DNA of 64,000 nucleotides from Perkinsus olseni (Eukaryota): NCBI GenBank assembly GCA_013115125.1, contig JABANN010000001.1, positions 124,001 to 188,000 of the forward strand, read 5' to 3'. Shown piece by piece: positions 12,825 to 22,789 of this stretch (position 1 is its first letter; each line of letters starts with the position of its first letter). The notes under the pieces were generated by a model. It saw only the letters and a program-made list of their open reading frames with translations, ran no database searches and was not told where the DNA came from. The position numbers and the translations under genes were made by a program.

Positions 12825-14903
12825 CTAAGAAAGGTGAATCGGTAAGGCGAAAAGTGGGGCTCTGAGCAGTACGCGCGCTTTTTGCTTGATGGGAGTCTGA
12901 TAAACCGCATCCCCGCCACCAGGCAGAGGCGTAGGACCAACAGCTCCATTACAAATACCTGAGGGTCCTCGCATATTCCCACTTCCTGTGCAACCGCCTC
13001 TACCATAGCCCCTGACAGCAGAAGCAGTCTGGTGGCTGCAGGCATGCCCATACACGGCTGAATCGTTGACGTGGGGCTCTTCAGGATGGCTGCTGCTATG
13101 GCAGTGTTGACAGTGTTGGCTCGTCATCGAGCGATGGGACAGAGGAGCCGGGTAAAGGGCGGACGGTGGGCCATTCACTCTAGAGGGCGGCGCAGGGCAG
13201 CTGACAACAGAAAAACAAAGCATAGATATGAGCCAGTCGGGGATGATTCAACTCACGACGGCGGGCCTCTGGCTGCTGCTATTTGCTGAGGCTCAGCGGA
13301 GGACCGATACGACGCCGCGCCAAGAGTCCGACCACTCAAGTGTCTGAATAGCTCCTCGTTCAGAGTACTCCGTAATGAAGTTCTTCGCTACCCGACTGCA
13401 GCGTGCCGGCTAGATGACGAACCTTCATAAGGAACTCCGCGACGGTCCGGTGGCACCCCAGAGCACTCATGGGCTCCGGCCTGAGAACGTGATAGCGAAC
13501 GACGGGACGTGTAGCCATCACGTTAATTGCAAGTGGGGGTACCCAGCCCTTCCAACTCCTCTTGGTCCGTTCCAAACTACCGTCGCTATTCGAGACGGGC
13601 GAATTCTGCACGCTGGTATTGGAAGACGACTCAGCGAAGGCATTGTGTTCGCCGGAACCTCCTGACACGACGGGCGATACCGCACGTTCAGCACATCGCA
13701 TGGCCTACGACTCTCTCGTCTCGCCGACGATCGGCACGTTGAGGACCTCTCAACGCGACTGAGAGACGCTGATAAGAGACATCCGCCAGCAGCATGCCCC
13801 CACCTGTTCGTTGCCTCCGACTGCACCGAGCACTGCGATCCCTAAGATAGTTGAACGCGATACGAAGCTGAGAGGTCGAGGGCATAGCCACTCTGGAGTT
13901 CCGCTTGGTATATACTGGGGTCCTCTGAGGGACTCTATCGGCTCTGAACTCGGGTCGCCATGGCTTGATATGCAATGGCAAATGCGAGGCTGGCATGTCC
14001 GGGACCTGACAGGCAGTACAATCCTTTTAACACAGAGGACTCTGCATACAGCTGTGCCGTTGAACTTCTCCATAGCGGCGGCAGCATTCTCTTCGGTATC
14101 GAATCTGACGCGCGAGCGGTCTCTCTCTGCCGGATGGAGCATAAGTTCGCGTACCGTATAACGGCTATGCCTCTGAACTTCCCCCTATTATTCGATCCCG
14201 TATCCTCTTCGATACTTTGCTCTAAGACCACACTCACACAGCGACAAGTGAGCTCAGCTGCATTACCCGGAGACAACTTTCCACCACTGTTGTCGCGCAG
14301 CATACGGAGGTGTTCGATCTGGAGGCCGTAGACGGGGCCGAACAGGGCCTTGATTTTCGAAGCATCATAGTCAGTCGGAATATTCGCAACATATCTGCGA
14401 CAAAATTTTCAGGCTAAGTTTTCGACGACTGACAGAGCAAACCCATCCTGGCACACTTTCGAGGAGCGCATACTGAAGGGATCATCCCTTACAAATTGCT
14501 GTGGATATTTGCCTTCCAAGCCGGCCTTGCGATGCTCACTTTGATCTTCTTCATCGGCCTTGGACTGATCGACCAATGCATGATACCGTTTCCGGCTCAA
14601 ACAGCCTACCCAGGCCCGCGCCAAGTTCCGGCGTGCTGCGGGAGTTCCAGTCCGTTGAGCTCTTTGACTGCAGCCTCGGCTGACGCGTTCTCTTCGTAGT
14701 TTACAAAGCCGAAGCCCATGGACATGCCGGTGTTCTTGTCGCGCACCTAGAACCAGTACGGGTCTCGGCTCAACACGAGCAGCGCAAAAGACGATTACAA
14801 TTTTGACAGAATGATACGGTCCAAATGGCTCGAACATCTCGGCGAGGTCGCTTTCCTGGATATGCGAAGGCAAGTAGTTGATGATGAGGTTGGACTTTTC
14901 CAT
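12825..14903 (-). CDS. ELAV/Hu/Sex-lethal-like RRM RNA-binding protein (multi-exon; 3' end uncertain)
   Basis: [12 protein letters not shown] (RNP2), [17 protein letters not shown] (RNP1), [10 protein letters not shown], second RRM YVANIP ... GKFRGIA ... [18 protein letters not shown], then a low-complexity tail. Confidence 0.85.
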
Positions 14904-15166
14904 TTTATGGGACGCTTAGGTTGAATCAGCGAGTGGCGGTGTTGTTGGTGAATTGGAAGATCAGACAGACGGAGAGGCACGCGGGCGATGACGTGCGGTG
15001 CTCAGAAAAAAGCAAGCAAACACAAAGCTTATAGAATACATAGGAGGCGGCCTCCTCCTGATTAACAGACTGCACTCAATGGACCCAGCAGTGTCCAAGA
15101 AACTCTCTTCAATGGTAGTGGGGCCTTCCAGGGAAACACCGTTGTTGATGATGTCCTGTAGAGGAT

Positions 15167-15472
15167 TTAGGAGAATACGATCTTCTTAAAGAGCTCGACG
15201 GGGTTGAGCGTGAACTCATTTCCTTGATAGAGGCCTACAAAGGGAAGTGAAATGCCGACTGACCGCCGCAGAGTTCAACCACGGGACTTTGAAAAGTAAG
15301 AAGCGCAGGCGACCGTGAGCTACTTTTTCCGTGTCTTACCGTATGCAAAGATGGCGGGGATGACGGTGTAGTGGAAAGCTTGATGTCCTCCGTTAGTCCA
15401 GATATCCTGAACGGCACCCTGCACTTTGCGGATTGGCGCAGGGACCTTGGATGGCGGCGGTGGCATCATCAT
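15167..15472 (-). CDS. TOM7: Tom7-like small subunit of the mitochondrial outer membrane translocase (two exons; intron 15235-15339)
   Basis: Spliced 66-aa product MMMPPPPSKVPAPIRKVQGAVQDIWTNGGHQAFHYTVIPAIFAYGLYQGNEFTLNPVELFKKIVFS*; single TM with FHYxxIPxIxxxG, like the Tom7 HYGxIPxxxxxG motif; clean GTAAG...TAG intron. Confidence 0.7.
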
Positions 15473-16447
15473 GGTCGAACGATTAAATTCACTACGATCA
15501 TCATGGGTCGAAGAGAGAGCGAGCAAGTTCTCGTGAGCAAGTTCCATCAATAACAGCTGCTTTCAGCCCAACCTTCTAGAGTACTTTCCCAAAACGGTAT
15601 AGTGGAAGGGGGGCGCCCTAGCATATCGACTGCAGCTGATCCTAAAATCTACGGTGATTTCAATGGTTGGTCCGAAAAGGGGGAGGAACAATGATTGGGG
15701 GTACTGCGAGCTAGGCTTAAGAAGCCTGGATCAATGAGATTACTCACCTCGACCAGAGTGTACACCTGATCAGAGTGTTGACAAGTATTCGGTGAGAGAG
15801 GAGGAAACGCTACATCTCCCTTCGAACGAGCCTTGAAAATACTCACGTTCGACTACACGGTTGAGACCGTCAAAAAAGCAATAGAAATACGGAGTGCTAG
15901 GATCGAACCAGGGTCGCAATCGGTGAGGTAGAACAGCGAAGCCGAAGTTCGGCGCAAGTGAAGCTTATACCTTTCGAGTCTTCCCAATGGTTATCCTTCC
16001 CTGCGTCCCACCTACTATATCTTCATTACTAGACACTCTAAAACCCTTGTGTCGAGCGAGACTGCCACAGCAAGGCCGTCTCAATAATTAACTCTTCGGC
16101 GTCTCGGTAATTCACTCTTTGGCGTCCGTCTCTGTCTCGAAGAGGAAGATCCTTTGTGCTCTGTTGTCCCTATCGCTAGTGGACGTTTAGCTGAAGAAGA
16201 TACCCCTGTATAGTGTAGCTCTCAAGCTCTCCGTGACTAACAACATCAGAAGATTATCGAATTTGCATCGGTCAAGGTAGCCGAAGTAACTAGATGTGAT
16301 TGTGTGTGTTGAGTGTGATTATCTGGCGGATGTGACTATCTGTTCGTTCGCCCTTCTCGCCGGTACGTGAGGGAATCGGCTCGGTCACGACAGGGTTCGC
16401 TTCATCATTCGTGACCGCTTGTAGTTCTTGTATTCTCCACGCCTGCA

Positions 16448-19311
16448 ATGGCCACCAATAGCAATATGAAAAAGTCTGTGTCGGCATCGCTGTCGGTCCC
16501 TCCTCGCGCGAGCAAGGCCGTGAGCAGCACCAAGGCTAACTTCGATGTCCGCCTCTTGCCCATGCAGGACATCGTGGCCGCCGCCCCCACTGAGGCCCTT
16601 ATCGAGTGGTATCATCTCCTCACCTCGGAGCTCTATCAACGCCAAAGTACCTCTCGACATCTTCACGACTGGACCTACTCTCTCCAGTACGCCCTTGTTG
16701 GTCCCTCTGGTGTCGGTAAGACGAATCTCAGACTTATGTTTACTGAGAACGTCTTCCGAGTTGCCTCTTCCCGTACTACTGGTGTGGAGTTCTCTAAGAC
16801 CATCGTTGACATCGACAACGAGCGCGTGAAGCTTCAGATGTGGGACACTGTTTGGGGCAAGTACACTGGCTCTTACTGTCACGGTGCTGCTGTCATCTTC
16901 TTCGTCTACGATGTCAGTAGACGTGAGTCTTATGATGAGCTGCTCAAGTTCCTCAAGGATACTCTTCCCACGCTCGACAGGACCATCACCAAGGTCTTGA
17001 TCGGTAACAAGGCTGATCTGCTCGGTCGCGAAGTTTCCGCCGAGGAAGCTGCTAGCTTCGCTCGTGAGAACGGCCTTCTCTTCATGGAGACCTCTGCCAA
17101 GACCGGACAAAACGTCAGGGACTGCTTCTTCAACTCAGCCAGACAGGTCCTTCTCCAGCTCCAGATGGGTATGATCGACCCCAGCTCCGCAAAGGGTATA
17201 CGCTCTGCTGCACGCAACAGCGATCATGTTACCACGGTCACTGAGCGCGGCAGTAATCTACTTCGCAACTCCGTTGTCAACAAGGCCGAAGCTTTCACCG
17301 ATAGTGAGCGTGAGGAGCTTGGTTTGGTCGGTTTGCTTCCTCCCAAGGTCTCGGATCTCGACGTGCAGTCCAAACGGTGCTATCAGCAGTTCTTGCAAAA
17401 CTCCAACGATATTGAAAAGTACATCTACTTGGAGAGTCTGCATGACAGGAACGAGACGCTGTACTTCAAGCTTCTTTGCGACCATGTTACTGAGATGATG
17501 CCGATCGTCTATACCCCTGTGGTTGGCAAGGCTTGCCAGATGTTCGGTCATATTTTCCGTAATGCTCGTGGTCTCTACTTTAACCTCTCAGAGAAAGGTA
17601 ACTTCAAGCAGATGGTGTGGAACAGCCCAGTTCGTGATGCCGATATCATCGTGGTCACTGATGGTTCCCGTATCCTAGGTCTCGGCGATCTTGGCACCAA
17701 CGGTATGGGTATCCCTATTGGTAAGCTGTCATTGTACGTGGCCTGTGCTGGTATCAACCCCGGCCGTACTGTGCCTGTCACCATTGATGTCGGTACCAAC
17801 AATCCGGATCTTCTCAATGATGATATGTATCTTGGTGAGCGTCACAAGAGAGTCGATGGTGAAGAGTTCTACGCCGCTGTGGACGAATTCGTCGATGCCG
17901 TCAAGTCTCGCTGGCCCGGTGTCCTCATCCAATTCGAGGATTTCACTAACGATCACGCCTTCCCTCTCCTCAAGCGTTATCAGGAGAACATTTTGTGCTT
18001 CAACGATGATATCCAGGGCACTGGCTCCGTTGCTCTTGCCGGTCTCGTCAGCGCTATGAAGGTGAAGAAGGAGAAGCTGGAGGACCAGAGAATCGTGTTC
18101 CTCGGTGCTGGCGCTGCTGCTGTTGGTATTGCTGACTGCATTGTTGCTGCTATGATACACGATGGCCTTACTCCTGAGGATGCGAGGAAGCGCTTCTGGT
18201 TCGTCGATTCCAAGGGTTTGGTCACCTGGAAGCGTGGTGGAAAGATTCAGGATCATAAGGTAACTAGGAGACTGGAATCTGGATGGCCGGCTCAGTTCGC
18301 TTTGATCTTTGAGAATGATTGGGTAGTCATCGTCGTTACGATCAGGTGCCTTATTGCCGTGACGACGAGGAGCCAATGACCGGCCTTCTCGAAGTCGTCA
18401 AGTCCATCAAGCCTACTGTATTGCTTGGTCTTAGTGGACAGTCAGGCTCGTTTACCGAGGAGATCGTCAAGGTAGGATAAGGACTGCCCCTTTTGTGTTG
18501 GTTCTTATCATGTTCTCTCTCAGGCTATGTGTGTCAACTGCCCTGAGCCTGTCATCTTCGCTCTGTCTAACCCCACACCCAAGGCTGAGGCTACACCCGA
18601 GCAGCTTTACACGTAGGCCTACAGCCGCATCGTGGGATATTCTGGTTATGATGGTCGTCACTTTCAGATGGACTGAAGGCAAGGCTTGGGTCTGCACTGG
18701 TTCTCCCTTCGGACCCGTCACTGTCAACGGCAAGGTCTATCAAGCGGGACAAGGCAACAACATGTAATTCACTTAGTAGTCTTGCTCGTCGGTCTTGGCG
18801 CACTTCGCGTTACTCAGGTACATCTTCCCCGGTGTTGGCTTGGCCGGTATTGTCGGCAAGTTCAAGTGGATTCCCGACTCTATGTTCTACACTGCTGCGA
18901 GGACCCTCGCCGAGAGAGTCACCGATGAGGATATCTCGCATGGCACTTTGTATCCTCGTCTTACTCGTATCCGCGAGCTCTCTCACGACATCGCTGTGGA
19001 GTGCATCAAGGAGGCCTTCGAGTTGGGCATCGCTTGCATTGAGTAAGTCTCCTGACTGACACCTCCCTCGTGTTCCTGCATGGGTCTTCTTTCTTAGGCG
19101 CCCCGCGGACCTCGATGAATTCGTCTGGGACCACATGTGGAAGCCGGAGTACTCTCATACCGAGCTTGACCCCTCTGTCCTCGCCTTCTCCGGCCAGGGT
19201 TCCGGTGTTGGTCGCAGCCAGGACAAGAACAAGCTTAGTGTCGGCACCATCCAGAACAAGGCCTTCTCCTTTACCGATATGGAGCGCGTGAACCCCAATC
19301 AGTTTATGTAG
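16448..19311 (+). CDS. Rab2-like small GTPase domain fused to NAD(P)-dependent malic enzyme, copy 1
   Basis: Exon 1 (16448-18259) encodes [35 protein letters not shown] and then, with no stop or intron, malic-enzyme motifs NKAEAFT..ERxxLGLxGLLPP, [45 protein letters not shown]. Later exons give LLGLSG, IFALSNP, GQGNNMYIFPG. Confidence 0.93.
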
Positions 19312-19731
19312 AAACTGTTAGCATCATCATCGTTAAAATAGTATTTAGGACGTTTTTTGTTAAGACTCTGCCGCTGCTGCAAACTACACTGATCTCACCT
19401 TGTTTAGTATAGGGACACTTCAGTCTCCTTGAGGGTCCTTAGTTGTGGCGTTTGGCGCATTCACGGCCGCTATCGGCTACTCGCACTCCCACAATTGAGG
19501 TCTTTTCATTGAGGCCTTGCCGACTGATACCGGCAGGATTCTCTACTCTTCATCATTCTCCGGCTGTTCTAGGGCAGCAAGAATATCTTTGAGTTGATGT
19601 TTTTCAAACTAACAGTCTAAGTTGTAGTGGTAGGAGACTGCTTGCTGGTGTGTAATAACTTTATAGACTTGAACGGGTGCTGTTTTGAGTGTATCAATTC
19701 ATTCGGGAATGGCCAGTGTCAGTACGCTGTT

Positions 19732-22562
19732 ATGGCGGGAATAAATATCGTCCAGCCGGCTTCGGCCAACGGCAGCAAGGCCAACTTCGATGTCCGCATG
19801 CTACCAATGGAGGATATTGTTGCGGCGGCCCCGACTGAGGCGCTCATCGAGTGGTATCATCTTGTGCTCTCCGAGCTCTACCATCGTCAAAGTGCATCGC
19901 CGCATCTCTATCGATGGACCCACGCTCTTCAGTATGCTCTAGTCGGCCCGCCTGGTGTTGGCAAGACCAACCTCAGACTTATGTTCACGGAAAATGTGTT
20001 TCGCGTGAGTTCAACCCCGACGGACTGCGTGGATTTCTCTAAGACCATCGTTAATATCGATGAGAACAGAGTAAAACTGCAGATTTGGGACACTGTTTGG
20101 GGCAAGTTTACAGCCTCCTACTGCCGCGGTTCGGCCGTCATCTTTTTTGTTTACGACGTGGCCAAGAGAAAGACGTATGAGGAACTCACGGAGTTCGTGA
20201 AGAAGAATGTGGGAAAGTTGAGTAAGAATGTTACTAAGGTGCTCATCGGTAACAAGGCGGACTTGCTCGGCCGTGAGGTCCCATCAGACGAAGCAGCCAC
20301 TTTCGCCAGATCAAACGGTATCCTTTTCATGGAGACCTCGGCGAAGGGCGGGCAGAGAGTCCGAGACGCCTTTCTCAACTCTGCCAGACAGGTGCTACTG
20401 CAAATCCAGATGGGCATGATAGACCCTGCTAACACGCCTGGCGTGCGAGTGTCCGGTCCAGAGTCCGGCAAGGTGGCGACCGTCTATGAACGAGGCCTGC
20501 ATCTTATGCGCAATCCTGTGTACAACAAGGCAGAGGCCTTCACTGAAGCGGAGCGTGAAGAGCTTGGTCTCATCGGTCTTCTACCACCAAAAATTCTCAA
20601 CATCGAGGTTCAAGTTCAAAGGTGTGTCCAGCAACTTCGAACCAAGGATACCGACATAGGCCGCTACATCTACCTGGAAGGTGTACACAACCGTAACGAG
20701 ACCCTCTACTTTCGCTTGCTACTTGACAACATCACCGATCTCATGCCGATCGTCTACACGCCCTCGGTGGGCCAAGCTTGCAAGGACTTCGATCGCATCT
20801 TCCGCGGTTCACGTGGTATCTACTTCAACCTGTCGGAGAAAGGCAACTTCAAACAAGTCGTTTGGAACAGCAACGTTCGTGATGCCGATATCATCGTGGT
20901 CACTGATGGCTCCCGTATCCTAGGTCTCGGTGATCTTGGCACCAACGGTATGGGTATCCCTATTGGTAAGCTGTCATTGTACGTGGCCTGTGCTGGTATC
21001 AACCCCGGCCGTACTGTGCCTGTCACCATTGATGTCGGTACCAACAATCCGGATCTTCTCAATGATGATATGTATCTTGGTGAGCGTCACAAGAGAGTCG
21101 ATGGCGAGGAGTACTACGCTGTTGTGGATGAGTTCGTGGACGCCGTCCGATCTCGCTGGCCTAACGTTCTCATCCAGTTCGAGGACTTCACTAACGATCA
21201 CGCCTTCCCCCTCCTGAAGCGCTACCGCAACCAGGTACTCTGCTTCAACGACGACATCCAGGGAACCGGCGCGGTGGCCCTGGCTGGAGTACTCACCGCA
21301 ATGCGGGCCAAGAATGAGGCTCTAGCGGACCAGCGCATCGTCTTTTTCGGCGCGGGATCGGCAGCTGTCGGGGTTGCCGACTGTATCGTTGCAGCCATGG
21401 TACACCAAGGCCTCACGGTGGAGGAAGCCAGGCGGAGATTCTGGCTGGTAGACTCTAGGGGCCTGGTCACCTCGAAGAGGGACGGCGAGCTGCAGGAACA
21501 CAAGGTACGCCGTCGTTGCAGATCCCGAGTTGTGCATGGCACAGCAGTTTGTCAGGTGCGCTTCTGTAGAGACGATGAGCCTCTTAACAGTCTACTGGAG
21601 GTGGTTCAAGTGGTCAAACCGACTATGCTGCTGGGCCTGAGTGGACAGTATGGTTCCTTCACGGAAGATATCATCAAGGTCATCAGCATCCTGTACTGTG
21701 GTCCAGTAATCTCTTCTGTTCTCAGGAGATGCACGCCCATTGTCCGGCACCGGTCATATTCGCTTTATCGAACCCGACTCCGAAGGCAGAAGCCACTCCC
21801 GAGCAGCTGTACATGTGAGGCTTGCTCGGCCCTTTATGGACGAGCGATGAAGGCTTTTCTCAGGTGGACCGATGGGGAGGCGTGGGTGGCCACTGGGTCA
21901 CCATTCAAACCAGTGTCATACAATGGAAAGATGTATACCCCGGGTCAAGGCAACAACATGTGAGTAGACAGCGAGCGAGCGTCTTGGGCGGTCACGGCTC
22001 CGAACAGGTACATTTTCCCTGGAGTTGGTCTGGCAGCCATCGTTGGCAAGTTCAAGACTATTCCCGATTCTATGTTCTATCTAGCTGCCAAGACCTTGTC
22101 AGAGAAGGTTACCGAGGAGGTAAAGTCTCACCGGTCGATCGCCGCCGTACCTTCCTGTCACTGCTGCGTAGGACCTAGCTAGTGGCCTCCTTTATCCGCA
22201 AATCAAGCGAATCCGCGAGCTCTCACACGCCATCGCTGTGGCTTGCGTGAAGGAAGCGTTGGACTGTGGCATAGCCCAGATAAGGTGCAAGGGGGGCGCC
22301 GTAGCGCCACATCAGTTCGGTGGAGCTTTATGCTTTTAGTCGGCCGGATGACCTCGAGCAGCTCGTCAGGGACGCTATGTGGCAGCCTGAGTATAGCCGG
22401 GTGGAACTGGATGCGTCAGTACTCGCTTACTCGGGTAGAGCTTCGGCTCCTCGTAAAGCCGGGTCGTCCAAACAGACCCTGGCGGTCTCCTCGTCTGAGA
22501 GCAAGTCGTTTTCCTTCTCGGATATCGAGAGGGTCAATCCCAACAGGCTTATGCCTTTTTGA
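19732..22562 (+). CDS. Rab2-like small GTPase domain fused to NAD(P)-dependent malic enzyme, copy 2
   Basis: Exon 1 (19732-21504) encodes [30 protein letters not shown] and the same malic-enzyme motifs; 3' introns lie at the same positions as in copy 1, plus one extra near 22120. Confidence 0.93.
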
Positions 22563-22618
22563 ATGTTTCACCGGAAACAAGGGCAGTTTTAGTCGTCCTT
22601 TCGACTAAAGAATTTTTT

Positions 22619-22660
22619 CATCATCAACATCAGTATCATCATCATCATCATCATCATCAT
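22619..22660. repeat. (CAT)n microsatellite
   Basis: catcatcaacatcagtatcatcatcatcatcatcatcatcat. Confidence 0.9.
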
Positions 22661-22789
22661 CGACAAAAACGCCCCCGCGAGGGACATCATGAATCTTCGC
22701 AAAGCCTCTATGGTTTCAGTACTCTATATCAGTCGTCTCGAGTTGAGTCACACACAGTGCTGGGCTATCAGGGACCATCAATCCTCATT

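Noticed and set aside
16213-16226. gtagc..ctcaag as a relic spliced leader (also near 39040)
   Set aside because: Only the ends of the CCGTAGCCATYTTGGCTCAAG leader match; too short to support.
16385-18376. Long antisense ORFs opposite the Rab-ME gene (also 10024-10761 opposite the Cys-rich gene)
   Set aside because: Shadow frames produced by sense-strand codon bias; no recognisable motifs.
19627-19731. ORF-track N-terminal extension of fusion copy 2 from a GTG start
   Set aside because: Eukaryotic context; the first ATG is at 19732 and homology to copy 1 starts downstream of it.
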